Shown: positions 35,574-49,176 of the stretch, piece by piece
How positions within the stretch are numbered: the stretch's first letter is position 1
Layout: every line of letters starts with the position of its first letter
Source: Pseudovirgaria hyperparasitica
Lineage: Eukaryota
DNA length: 64,000 nt
Strand: one strand, 5' to 3'
Assembly (NCBI GenBank): GCA_010093815.1
Contig: ML996569.1
The notes under the pieces: model-generated
What the model was told of the DNA's origin: nothing
Seen by the model: only the letters and a program-made list of their open reading frames with translations
The model's database searches: none
Position numbers and translations under genes: made by a program

Positions 35574-38500
35574 TCATAGCTCATCATCGTCCATATCCGA
35601 TGGTTTAATGAGACCGCCAACCTTCATCGCCCGTTCTCGCTCATCGGCCTTTGCCTTAGCTGCTGCTTGCTCTCGCTCTTCACTGTACAACTCCGCATTG
35701 TCGCCAGAGAACTCTTTCAGCGAGATAAGGAAGTCACGTAGAATGAGCTTGAAGCGATTGATATCATTGTTCGATCCAAATAGGCCGTCAATGAAGGATG
35801 TGATTTGTGGCCTGTTGCAAGATTAGCGGGGCGTGGAGGTTTGAACTCACTCAACTCACGTCTTAAGATTCGGGAACGCGTTGGTCAATAGACTTCCGAC
35901 AAATTGTCTAAGGAAGTCTCTGTTTGATGTGCCGGCTGGTGCCATCTCTTGAGTGTATATTGGTCCTTGAAGCTTTCCTGAATCGACAAGCCAGAAAAGT
36001 TTGGCAAGTAGCATCGACTGTGACTTGAAACCAGCCTTATGATCACTATCCGTGACAACGAAGAAAACATCTTGGAGGAGAACGGTGTAGAAATTCTGAA
36101 AGAAAGTATTGCAGGTGTTGACATCCGTGTCTGACATGTTGGTGATCAATTCGAAGCACATGCTCAATCCTGCATTCTCGACCTCACGATTATCATGCTT
36201 ACTAGCCCACATGCAAGCATCGATGACAAATTTGAAAGATCGTGCATCGAGCTTTAGCAAAGATGGGAAGCAGCGTAGGTTGATAGTCCTGAGAAGTTTG
36301 AAGAACTCCACACGGTGCTCAGGGTATTCGGAGAAGTCCTTATTGATCATGTCGAGCGTGCATTCAAATACAGAGTCCATAATGTTCATAATTTGGTCTT
36401 CCATCAAACTCTGTGGAACAGTTAGCAGGTCACTCAACCACATGCGGCTGCTAGCCGAACCATAGACTCCTGCATGAATTTGCCAAGAGTGGGTTTCCAA
36501 CGTACATGTAGTTTGTTGATGATAGTAGTCATGACATTCAAGACCTCGGCTTCGCGCGCGTCAGGAACGTTTCGCTTGTAGTCTAGAAGAACAGCCTCGA
36601 GCAGTTGTGGTACCAGGCTCTGGTGAACCATCTCGAGATCATCGGCCTTCTCAACGTAAATGTTGATCAATTTCAAGATTTCCTTTTTGATAGTACGCAG
36701 CCCGCGAACCTTCGGCATTTTCGTTGCGATGTTGCCATCCCTTTGAACTGCCTCATCTATCAGGCTACTGCTGGCGCGATACATGGTGAGCATATCGAGG
36801 TAGATCCGACCAATCTGTGGGTAGAAATAACTACCGATAGAGCTACAAGCAGCTACATTAGTTTTCATGATGTTTCCGATTATCTTGATGGTATCTGCAT
36901 CCTGTAGAATGCTAGGATCGGCATTGGCAGCCTTGATAATAGAATCCCAAGCTTGGTTCGGGAGAGCCATCAGATCGCTGATCAATCTCTCTTGTTGAGG
37001 TTTCTGGCCTTGGGCGCTGATCATGAAGCCACAGGCCTCGTAGAACGTGTGAACTTGCTGCGGTGACAAGTCGCATGTGATCTTCTGCAGGCTGCGAACG
37101 ATCTCGTCGATGAAAGCTTCTTGCTCTCCAGCCTGCTGTACGACGAAGTGTCTTCTGCATTTGTTTGCGATCTTAATGAAGGTGTCGCATGCCATATCCT
37201 GGACTCCTTCATGGGTCTCATGCATGAATTCGAAAAGCTTATTAACGACAGTCTTCAAGAACTTCCAGTGAGCCTTGAGAAATCGAGGATACTGACCGAC
37301 GATGTACATGATGTTGCTGGCAACTACAGCTTTGTTGTCTTTGCCGCGCTTCATCTCCGTCAGGCCGAGTAAGTCTTTGATTACGGTGACTAAGAAACGT
37401 TTCTCAGTATCCTCGTTCATCGCGCCTGATATAGAGCCGATTGCCCAGCAAAGCGTGTTGCAATTGGCCCATGACCATTCGGTACCGTCAACTTGGCGCG
37501 CGAGCTTGTCAGACATAATGGTCTCAGTATCCGCAACATCCAGATGGGTAAGGAACACCAAACACTCCCTCGTCGATTTGTATAATTGAATGGTGTCACT
37601 TTCTTTCACAAACTCGCGAACGATCTCGCCTTCATCGTTCTCCACGATGAGCACTTCTTCAGGTCTGACCATCTTTTCTATCATCACCTGGCGGAGATTC
37701 GTGAGAACTTCAGCGTATTTGTGCTTGCGAAGAGGATAATTAGCCATCATACTGGCCTGGCTTGCGCTACCGTTGATACCCATAGTTATAAGGGGATTTA
37801 TATCAGATATTGGCAGTTGCTGCATCTCGTCAAAGAGTTCAGAGACCAGCTTTGTCCAGTACTCTAGGCAGATCTTGAATATTTCGCGGTCTTCAATCTG
37901 ACTAATCCTGATTAGGTAGAAGTGACCGTGGCGGAGAAAGTCTTGATTCGGAATATTCTCGATGGCATTTAAGTGCATGGAGAAGAAGTTGCACAGGAAC
38001 AAGGCCAGATTCTGCACAAATTCCTGGTCACGACTACTACTACCAGCGTATGTACTCTTTAGGTCCATCGCCAGTGGTATGATCGACGAGATGGCAGTCA
38101 AAGTTTCTGTAAACATGTTGACGAGTTTCTCATCGTAAGCGGGTTCCGTGTGCAACCCTGCTATTTCCGTTAAGCACTTGAGTGTGATGTTCCGGAACTC
38201 AGGCACGTCTAGAAAACGACTTCGCAGCGTCTCGATAAGGCTGAAACCACTCGCCGGTGTCTCGAAGATATAGCCCAACGGGATCCAGTTCAAGAATCGA
38301 AGAAGGGTCTCCAGGGTCGCTCTAATTAGACTGGCTTGCGAAGCTGTCTGCAGGACCTCTGAACAGAGAGTATAGATTGATGTAAACTCATCTGCCATGC
38401 TTTGCTTCAACTCTTTGGTCTTTTGAGATGTCATTTGGTCAGCGGAGAAGTCAAATACTTCTTCCGACAGCAGACGCAAAATGGCCATATTGTTTTCGCA

Positions 38501-39141
38501 GATCGGAATGCTGCTATGTGATGCGGAGATGATCTCGTTGATAAATGTAGGCCAGTTGTGAGGCCATTCCTGCTTCAAGATAGATACGAGAACGAGATTG
38601 AGTTTGTTGACGAAGGTTCGCTGGCGGCGGAGGCTCTCTTCAGAGGTCGAGGCTGTAATGATGAAGTTGACAACGAAGTTTCGGATTCCTGGTACCCTCG
38701 ATTAGATAACGTATATGATGGGTATAGAAGGAAAATTCACACCGTGACACTGATCTCGAGGCAAAACCTTCCATCTTGTCATAACCACACTGTCTAAGAC
38801 CTGCAGACCCAGAACTGAAGCTGGTCAGTACGTAATCCACCCAACCTTTTGAAACTCTCACATTTAGTCTGCTCATATTGCGCCTCTGACAGAATCTTGT
38901 CGACCAAGAGCCAGGCATCGGGGTTCTCCTTGAACTGATTTACGTTAGAAGTGGAAGAGAAAATCAGGATAGACCAAGTGACCATACCTGGTTCAGGGTA
39001 GTCTGTGCTTGTTTTTGCTTTGATACAGATGTCAGCACATCTCACTTGCCTCCAGACTAGCGGTTTGATACATACAGCTTCGCCTCGACCTTCATAGAAT
39101 GTTCGAACAGTCGCGTCTAGCTCGCTGATCGACATAGACAT
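35574..39141 (-). CDS. CRM1: Exportin-1 (Crm1/KapK)
   Basis: [61 protein letters not shown], acidic C-terminus DDDEL. Six introns. Confidence 0.97.
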
Positions 39142-40154
39142 CTTGAGAAGATGGGCGTGGGATGACGATGTCCGGAACGAAGAGTCTTGAGTTCAATATG
39201 GTCTCGAACTGTCGTTGAGTACTCAGATCATATGCATAGAGAGCACCAGAGCTTCGTTGGGCGCGTGTCTGAAGATGCGCCAGCTGGCTTTGCGAAGCCT
39301 CGTCAACCCGAGCTTGACCGTTACAGCGGGGTACTGTGACAAGCACGAAGGGATACAGGCAAGAGGAAAGGGAATAATCGACACGGAAAGGGACAGCGAC
39401 ACGAATCGGGGATATATTGAGGCTGTAGAGCTAAAGTCTGTAAGAAAGAGAGGTATGGCGTGTGTGAGGGTGGTGAAAAGAGATAGAGCTTTGGCGGGGG
39501 ACGTGTAATGAGCAGGCGGCGCTTGGACTCTTTCTCCGCTATGCATGGCAGCTAAGGCAAAGACATACCAACACATCTCTGTTGCTCTCATTCACGGATG
39601 TATATCTCTACATTATTTATCAAGATAAGCCTTGAATTAGATTTCCTATCCTGATCAGAACAAGCCTTTCCTCTTGCATTAACACCCTAATCTTGCATTG
39701 AAAGCCAGTTACTGCTTTTGTACGTTTTCAGCGGCATCAGTCAGAGAGATGTCGCTCCCTCAGATGCAGTGTCATGATATAGTGATGTTGATAACGAGCG
39801 TTACAATAATGTTACAGCGAAGGAAATTACAGGCTGCCTAGGAAGAGTTGCATTGATAGTACCAGAACACTCTAGCATCCACTCATCTAATACGCCACAC
39901 TTCTGAAACGACAAACGTTCTCCACTACTTAGGCTAGGATCCTAGTGAGCCTTCCATTGCTTCCCCGCGCCACGATCCTCAACTTCTATGATAGCATCGA
40001 TAGCATAACTTCTCCCTTTGAATACATCGTCGTCGCGATCGCAGCGACAGCGACAAAGAACACATTCTCTATATCCGCAGAAACCCCTCGATCATCAGTC
40101 TCACATCTAGCAGTTACACTTCTGTTTGACGTGTCATATCAACAATCGCGAGCC

Positions 40155-40820
40155 ATGACTTCCCACTCAACCCACACGCGTACCATCAACTCCTCATCTC
40201 GCCCGGGCACACCCGCCCAAGTCGAAACCACACCCGCAACAAGCTCACACCCGGTCACAATCCCCAGTAATACACTACGCCTACGTGCCACAGCAGCAAA
40301 TGACAGACATATCCAATGGGCTGAGGACGTGATCGACAACGAGGGCATGGGCAAGAAGAGCAGTAAAGGTATGCCCCGACAGTATATCTCCAAGACGTAC
40401 AAATGAGCATGCCGCATCAACTATGACTCTTCCGGACCCCATTCTCTATCCCCTGTCCCATACAAGGATCCAAACACTAGATAGCTAACACATCCTTCAG
40501 TATGCTGTATATATCACGCCCCACGTGCTGTGGGTGAATCTTCCTCCGAATCAGACTCCAGCTCCAGCTCTGATGAGAGTGATTCCGACAGCGAACCTGA
40601 TACATCGCGTGCGCGCCCAGCGGGAAGGCCGTCCGCGAGAAGACCACATAGTCATGATCACAACCACAACCACGACGATGAGTGTGGAGACGATAATGGT
40701 ACACCGGGTGGATCTAGTGTAAGGAACAATAAGGCAAAGAAGGCACGGCGGAGGAGTCCAAATGCTTACGAGAAGATGCCGCGGCGGGGAAAGGGAAAGA
40801 AGCCAGAAGGCGAGGCTTAG
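40155..40820 (+). CDS. YPI1: Protein phosphatase 1 regulator Ypi1 (inhibitor-3)
   Basis: [27 protein letters not shown] across intron 40369-40500; SPNAYEKMP. Confidence 0.93.
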
Positions 40821-41225
40821 GGCGTATGGGTTCGAAAGTACAAGAGTATACGATCGTCACGATCACTGCATACAGATTTACTACTGGGCTATGGCATATT
40901 TCGGTGTGGATTGAGACCTGCGGAAGCACAATGCAAAGGTCTATATTAGACGATAGACCAGTCCTTTTAGGATGCGACAACCATTCACGACGAGAAAAGA
41001 GGGCATGAAATATTCATATTTCATTCAGCAATGTCCGTAGAGTTGCCACAAGGAATGACTGGTATAGATACACATATCGCCACATCCACAGAAACGCCTG
41101 TAATCAAACCCCATCCGTCAACGCCAGGCACCGTCCATGGTATACGACAAAAGAAACCCGTCTATACCACTCCCTCTTCCTGCCCAATCAGTATATGCTG
41201 GAAGCTCACCACGTCAGAACCTCCC

Positions 41226-42205
41226 CTAGAAAGCCTCGCCCATATCCCCCTCCTTTCCCTCCTTCCTCGCTGGATGATGGGCCAAATCTGGCTTAATCAG
41301 ATGGGCAAACCGCGTGTCCACATTCAGAGGCCCAGAGATATTCAACGGCATGCGCGGACCAACACTCTCTCGTCTCGCACCAGCCCAGTGATTCGGTTGC
41401 CCACGTGTAGGAGAAGTTGTGACGGGGGTTTTGCTATAGTAGCTGGGCAAGATGCTGTCTCTTGCACGGCGGAATGTGTTGCGGATAGGTGTGAGAGCGC
41501 GGAGTGGAGAGCGCGGCCAGCGGGAAGATGTGTCGTTATCGTGGTTCGAGGGTTCCTTATACGACGAATACAGAGATGGCGACATTGTGACTGGCGGGGG
41601 TAGGGAGGTATTGATGCTCAATTGCTTCTGATTCGTGACGGGCGTCGGAGTAGCAATTGCGCCATGGGCACGTACGTTCCTCGCCGTTATGCCCGTATTC
41701 TTGTTGCGGAAGACGAAGGAAGCGATGATGTTGAAGATGCCAAGGACAAAGACAAGAATGCCGGAGGCGATGACGATGCGCCAGAATGCCAGGCCAAGGG
41801 AGGCTTGAGAGGTGGCCTCTTTGTTGAGATTACCAAGCATATTGATGCCAAGGATCATCATGGCCAGACCGAGAGAGACAAAGCCGTGTGTTGGGGATAA
41901 AATAGGCCAGTTGCGGGCGAAGTAGCCAGCGAAGAGGGATAGCTCGGAGACAATAAGGAACATGCTGACAAGAGATGTGATGAGGTTTGTGGCGGCGTCG
42001 AAGAAGAAGAACTGATATACGCTTAATATTATATGCTGATGTGAGGTTTTGAGATTAGGGGACATACCTTGGACACAATAATGGTCTTCACGAGCATGAC
42101 CATGCTTCCTGCGATGACGGAGAGGAGGGATATGATATTCATAATGCGGAGGACATTGAGGATGATGTAGCCTGGACCGGCCAGTTTTTGCGCGGATAGA
42201 GGCAT
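41226..42205 (-). CDS. Conserved fungal multi-pass membrane protein, unknown function
   Basis: LAGPGYIILNVLRIMNII, FFFFDA, NWPILSPTHGFVSLG; hydrophobic helices then a disordered tail; intron ~42013-42067. Confidence 0.8.
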
Positions 42206-43603
42206 CCTCACAGATATTGACGATATTGTAATATCAAGGTATAAAATAATAGTTTTCGAGGACCGACCAGCAGAAAAAGATACTTAATAGGTGAAGATGT
42301 GATATGAGCCAGCTCTAGAGACAGACAGTAGATGATGGGGAAAAGAGTTAAAGACAAAAAGTTCCAGGCCAGGAAGGCGAAGGATAACCTCGCTCTCTGA
42401 ATAGAGGCAGAACACAATAGATGAAGCGAAACTAATGATGAGGGACGAAGAATACGAAGCCAAAGTGAACAGCAGCAGATCTTCACTTGTAGTAGCCAGC
42501 AGCGATTTCACTTGTACGGTGATGCCGGAAGTCGTGCACTGTCATGTAGCATACGTGCATACGATAGTTAGGCCATCGACTGGTTATCAACTCTCGATAT
42601 GAGCATTCCCATGTCTAATCTGGGATCTGAAACGACAGGAATGGTCTGAAGTTTGACTAAAATGTATGGCAAGCGGCTGGCGACGATACTAGCACAGAGT
42701 ACACCGCGTATGGGGCTTCAGAGATATGAGTCTAAGGTCTTCAAGGTCTCCGCTGGCCAGTCTATGACTCTAAGGTTCGACGTGGGATGATTGGTGCCCA
42801 GTGGACGGTGATGGTAAAACGATTGGCAGAGCACGGCGGTTGTGTTTCAGAATGCACAACGCTTGGCCTGGCGCGACCCGGTCGCGTTGTTGTAGACCAG
42901 GCTCATTCTACTTGTCGGCGGTTATGGCGAGGAACCGTTGGACACTGTTACTATTATGTTACACTGACCGACTGATGATATGACGATGTCCATTTCCAAA
43001 TTCATTGTGGAGATGGAATGTATTGGAAGCGATTGAAAAGCTGAAAGCGCGCGGTTCATGGTGCGTCGTATCATTCTCACGCACCGCACTACTGTCCTAA
43101 TTAACGTCTACATGTAGATAACGTTGATGCGTTGGTGGAGAAAGTGGATGTTTTCTACCCCGGCTTTCTTGTCGCTATCGCATCCATCCTCCATGTGCTC
43201 TCAGCGCGTGTCACACACAAAGTGCGGCATATCACGATCAAACGAGTGAACATAATTCATGCGTCAGGTACGGCAATCGCACTGCAGTTAGTCAAGGTGA
43301 GTTACTGTCGCATTGAATAGAAGAAAAAGTCACGATCAGGATTCTATAGATAGATAGTGAATGCTTGAAAGCGTGATGAAGGGAGCCCTAATTAATACGA
43401 AGCCAATCATCCAAGAGTGCTCCTTAGAGAGCAGTCTTTTGGGACCAGCCGCGCGATTATCGCATGCAAGTTATCCTGACATTCTTCCATCAGCCACCTT
43501 TCATTTTTTGTGCTCTTCCCCTTTCCGAAAATTGCAGACATCTTCAAAGCGACGGCTGAGATACGCCTGAGTTAGTAATACATTTACGCTTGTACTGTAC
43601 ACC

Positions 43604-44035
43604 ATGGCTCGCGGAAACCAGCGTGACAAGGCTCGCGAGAAGAATCTCAAAGAACAGCAAGGCAAGGTACGTCTACAAAACTTTATAAGCGCTTAACTCG
43701 TTTGATACGGCGCATATCATAGCGATCTCGCCAACAATATCCGCTTCTATCGTCGAAACATCTCTGTGATTGCAATCACAAAGAATGAATGACTAAAGCT
43801 CTTGTAGAAATCCGCCAACACTGTACGCAGCGAGTTCGTCCGGAGCAGCATCGTGATCATTTGTATTGATACCCGCACCAGATGTCCGGCACCCAACAGC
43901 AGAAAGCCAAAGAGGATGCCGCTGAGATCATGCGCAAGAAGCAAGCTGCAGGTATGCTGTCAGACTTTTTCGCATGTGCGGAACTAACACTAGGATTCAG
44001 CTGATGCCAAGAGGGCTGCCGAAGGCAAGAAGTGA
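43604..44035 (+). CDS. SERF/4F5 small EDRK-rich factor, 60 aa, 4 exons
   Basis: MARGNQRDKAREKNLK.. signature. Exons 43604-43666, 43808-43822, 43882-43951, 44001-44035 total 183 nt in frame. Confidence 0.92.
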
Positions 44036-45676
44036 TGATTTAGACAGGCACTAGCATATGGGTGATGAGAGTACTATCAGGTACTCTCGATTATATTCTA
44101 CCAATTATGAAATTATGGGCGGATTTTAAGCATAGCAAAACACTATACACCGATTTGGACTTTTTGTTTCAAACCTGACTCCGCTTGAAGTCTTCCCTGT
44201 GGTGTTACCCGCTAACGAGCGCTCCACTCTACGTCGACCTATTTCAAGCACAGAGGCAGAGTTTCTACGAGTCTAGAAAGTATTCTACATTGTGTACGGA
44301 AGGACAAGGAGTGTATGTACCATCGAAACCCCGTCATTCGCACTTCCTCTCTTTGTTACTTCATGATGCACTCACTCAGTATCAGTATCAGCTCTGTCAA
44401 GTCCATGTACATCAAGAGACTACGTTCCTCCCCTGATCTCAATACTTTAGCTTCTGCCTCTCCTTTCCGGAGAGCTACGTCGCCATGAGTAAATATTGAA
44501 TATAGTAGCTACCCGCATTCCGGTGGGCCGAGGCTGCACAACGAAGTTTCCTGGGTTTTCATAGAAACGGAGCACCGAGGATGCAACTGTGTGTGCTACC
44601 TCGCCACATCATACAACCTAGCTTGACAAGCTTGTATCAATGTAAGATATTAGGTGAAAGAGCTGTGTGGAGACTAAATGAAAATCTTAAATTGAGATCG
44701 TCCCTGAGCACCCCATGCAACCTGAAATCCATTGAAGTATTTTATACCACTTTTAGAACAAAGCTATTCAGCATGATTTTGGTTTTCGCTGTGCCATGTG
44801 AGCGACAGACTTAATGGGCAAAGGCCAGGCATGTCATCTGTGAAGCAAGGCTAAATTGTAGCATACATCTTGCAATGCTCTTTAGACATGTCCTGGTGAT
44901 GTCTATGATGTCATACGCTCATGCGCTCTACTGTGGTGAACAGGAAATATACTTGTAGGATTTAAGGACAAGGTCATTCAATGATACCCTGGAGAATTAG
45001 AGCAATGTCTTTGTGCTGTATCAATCAATGTAGGGCAAGGAGTTTTAGAGAGTACTGTGGTTACTCAAAGGTCTGTGCTGGGCCAGAGGGAGAGGGAACA
45101 AGAAAGGGAGAAAAGAAACGCTCTGCAAGGTGGATGAGCTGAGTATGGTCAGGGGCAAAAGATTAGAGCCCACTCAGAACTTTTTCACATTCTTGATTGA
45201 TGGAGCTAGAAGCTTGTTTGTAATTTTATTTAATATGGGAAGAAACAACGTCAGTGACCAGTATTTTCGTGGATATTAAGGTGCTTTCTGCGCTGTGTAA
45301 ACCTGTCAGATATGACAAGACATGCACGTCTAGAATATGCCAGTGAATAAGTCTTGGCACAATGCTAATTGTTGATTCTATCGACCTCATGTACATGTTC
45401 AAGGCTGTTCTATATCCCAGAGGATATTTATACACTGCAAACGACAAGAACAATATAGACTTGAAGAATGCTAGGATCACAGATGGCATACACTCTGCCG
45501 TTCATCATCACAACCAAGTATTTTCGATACCATTGACTTCTCTTGTCTTCTTGCGATGTAGCTTCAGGTCTACGTTACATCAACGAGATGCTGTTACAAA
45601 TTGGAGCCCTGCGTATATTGTGCATGTAACGCTGTATAACAACTTTGGTCGTAGGAACATTGTATCTTCCAGATGG

Positions 45677-48303
45677 TTAGTTTTGATCCATGTGAGAACC
45701 AGCTTCCTGCAATAGACAAGAGTGATAATCGGTCAAGAATGAATTGTCTTCGACACTGATCGGACGATCAGAGTCGGCACCAATACTTGAGGCTGCAGTC
45801 GAAATCGAGCCATTACCAATGCTGGAGTGCGAGCCTGCACCTGATTTAGACATATTTACGACGGAGCCAAAGCTCGAGCCAGACTCTGATAGCGGTCGAA
45901 CTGGATCGTATACGGAGTCATGCATCCTGTGACAATAGTCTATGCTATCTGCCATTGCGATGTTTTGTCCCGTACCAATACCGAGACCAATCCCCACTTC
46001 AGTGACTGGCACATTGAGATAACAGTCTTGCGACGGTATATTGCCAATGACTTCCGCAGATGGACTTTTAGTATGCGCTTGGCCATTGGGTGAAGCACCG
46101 TAATCATATGGAGGTGAGTGATTGCGAGCGAGAGGACCATATCCCACGGTTAGGACTTGCGCAGTAGGAAGCGATGGTTCTGCTTGAGAGTAACCAGTGG
46201 CGAGAGGTTCTGCAGGGTTACTCATGAGGCTATGTGTGACGTTCCGGACTTCACTCCATACTCGCTTCCCAAGGCTCCAGATCATAGCCCAGTCTTGGAG
46301 TGATGCAAGACCAAGAGTAATCTGTTCTTCAGCGGCTTCGCGTTTCGTTGGATGAGGGAGCACTCCAGCAGTATTGCAGGCACTAACATGTGCCATAATG
46401 CCCATAGACATTCCACATATCAACAGAGGGCTGTGTTTTCGGTGGTTTGTACCTATAGTGAGCTGTTCTAGCATACGTTCGCTTGCTTGTCGGGCTCTAA
46501 CAGTATTGTTCGTGAGGAACAGCCTACGCGCTTCGGAGATTCTACCAACATCCGGAATAGGAGAGCACCTAGAGGTACCTTCAATCTCTTTATAGAGAAG
46601 GAATGATCTTGGGCGATTCAAGGCGATGGTGAGACTAAAGCATAGATTAGCTATGTTGATCTGCATTTTTCTTGAGTAAATGTGACTGTGGTAATGATAG
46701 ACGACAGAGTTCTTTCAACGTACGTATCTATGAGCATGTTGGCGTGCCACATCACTTCGTCGACTTCACCTTGGATTGATATGATCTCCTCTTTCTTGCC
46801 ATGTGCAAAAGCTTGCCAGACCTCAAGCTTGCGATTCGCTTCGTCAACCTTCTCTGAAGGAACTGGAAACTTGTCTGATATGATTGGAAGGATATCTTTA
46901 CTAATCACGGCTACATCGATAAGGAAAGCCATAGAGGAGAAAGGTCGACTACAAGGAGCATATGCACGGGCGACATACTCTTCGCGCGTTCGAGTTTTGA
47001 AGACGACCTGATTGATGGTCAGTACAGTCAATGAAAGTTGCCGAAGGGGACAGCATGCCTCTCCACCATAGTCCGACTCCTCTCCAGGTAGATCAACATC
47101 CTTGTCAGTATAAGAAAGACTGAACGATGGAAGCTTGTGTACCCCAGCAAATATCGACTCCGTGATGTAAAGGCCCCAGAACGTTCTTCTCCAACACTCC
47201 TCAAGCACATGGTCTCTTTCACCGTTGACGGTGGCATAGTCTTTTTTGTCCATACCTAGTCTAAGAGCCACACCAATAGCCGCACCGATTGTGTCTTCAG
47301 AGCCGTTGAAGTCATCAGTCGAGTGGATTGCGATTGCCATCAGTAGGTTCGCTTGGACGTAGAAGCCATCGCGTGGGCACGAATTAGCGGACAATCTGAC
47401 AATGGCAATGTCCTTCAAGGCTAAAGTATCATAGATCTTGGAGTAGAAGGAGCCGATGTATTCCAGCACGGGAATGAGATGCTTGACCGTATTTGGATGT
47501 TTTTGAATTCGACTCTTCAGCGCATCCATTGGGAGAGTATAAGGATGTGCTTTATGAAAATTTGCATAGTACAAAGCGAGCAGATCGCGCCCTTCATCCT
47601 TGAGAGCATCGTTGTCGGAATGTAGAGCGACACCGGAGCTCAGTGGTGAGAATAGGGTAGATGTTTCATCTTTGGCAAAGCTGGTAGATGAGTTTTGTGT
47701 TGAGACAGGGTCAAACGTCTGTGCAATTGCTCTTTTACGCTTTTTTGCAACAGCTTCAGCAGCCTCAGTCTTTGCTCTTGCAATGATTGCTTGTATAGAG
47801 CCCTTGTTATGTCCGCCTCGTTTCGAGACTAGATAGACACATTCTGGCCATTGTTCCTCCGGGTAAGAGCGACATCGAGTGCAGACTTCGCCGCCACTGC
47901 ATTTGACATGGCGTTGATTGCATGGCACGCAAGCCTTGGACACTCGGTCTGTCCTCGACGGGACTGTAGTCCGGCTCAGACGTTTTTTTGCTGATGCTGG
48001 TTGTTGCTTTGATTGCTGAACCGACTGTCTTTTAAGGGGATGTTGGGGACCTCCAGACTGCACACTTGAGAATGTTGCAGTTGTCGGTGGGTCCTCATAG
48101 TACATTGGCAAGTAGTTTGGAGCCGGTGAGGGTGTTTGATAGGTATGAAAGATTGGCTGCTGCTGCTGTTGTTGTTGTTGGCACAACGGTCCAGCTGCCA
48201 CAGACTCCTGACCTGAGGAATGAAGATGAAGGAACTGAAATCGTGTAGTCCATGGTGACTCCTCATCATAAAATCCATGGTTCGCATCGTGAGATGCGTT
48301 CAT
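45677..48303 (-). CDS. Zn(II)2Cys6 transcription factor with fungal-specific TF domain
   Basis: CVPCNQRHVKCSGGEVCTRC..ECVY; YYANFHKAHP; ECWRRTFWGLY. Introns 47008-47058 (GC-AG) and 46635-46723. Poly-Q near N-terminus. Confidence 0.9.
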
Positions 48304-49176
48304 GGTTGATCTTGCGAAGAGTTAACGGCCAGACCGAAGTTGCGACCAGCCAGAATGGTCTGATCTGGAGTTGGAATACAATCAAGAGCTGGAACGAAGA
48401 TGTCGAGAAACGTGGGAGATGACGTCCCTTCTGAACGTGGAAGGACTATATAAGTTTTTCAGGCTGGCAAGCGAGGTCTGCAGGAAACGTGGTAAGGTAG
48501 TATAGAACAGCGTGGACAGCACTTGCCCATGCTAATCCCACCCAAGCCCAATACCTTGGCACAAAAAAGTGAAGACTGTGAGTTCGGTACAAGGTGTTCA
48601 ACACCGAGACACACAGCCTCAATGGCAACATATCCAGCAGATCCCTGTTCGAACTAAACCGAGTCCAATGTTATAACGGTCGTTTAATCGAGTCGAACTC
48701 AGCAGCTCTTGTACTACGTGAATCGCCTTGATCACCAACACTGTAGAGCTTTCACGTTTTAGCGATGTCACCGTGTGTATAGATCTCGATTCACGGGGTC
48801 AAACGTGCTCGAGTGTTGGGATATTAGATGTAATCGTATGTTTCTCGACTAGATTTAAAACTGTGAGACAATTGGAAGGTCATAAAGGCATCTGCATGAA
48901 TGATATATGGATACTTCTGACTATTAAGTGAACTGAAGGAGGCTGGAGATATATACCGAAGACACCAACTCCGTGTAATGCCCTAAATCCATTTCCTAGT
49001 CATGTGTGTAAATCGATGAGTCCACACTTGCGCAAACAACAGAGAGTCATAGAAATTGAAGAGCGGGAGGCACAAATATACTGTACAACTCTTGAAAGGG
49101 GCAGCATCCACTCTATACAGTGCCAGCAGAAGTGCTCATTGCCGTCTGTTGTCGACGTGGGAACAGTCATACGTCG

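Noticed and set aside
41031..41603. 190-aa plus-strand ORF and similar shadow ORFs over CRZ1, RIM20, CRM1 and BUD6
   Set aside because: Antisense shadows of real coding sequence.
44100..45650. Short ORFs between SERF and the Zn2Cys6 gene
   Set aside because: No motifs or consistent splice structure; likely UTR/intergenic.
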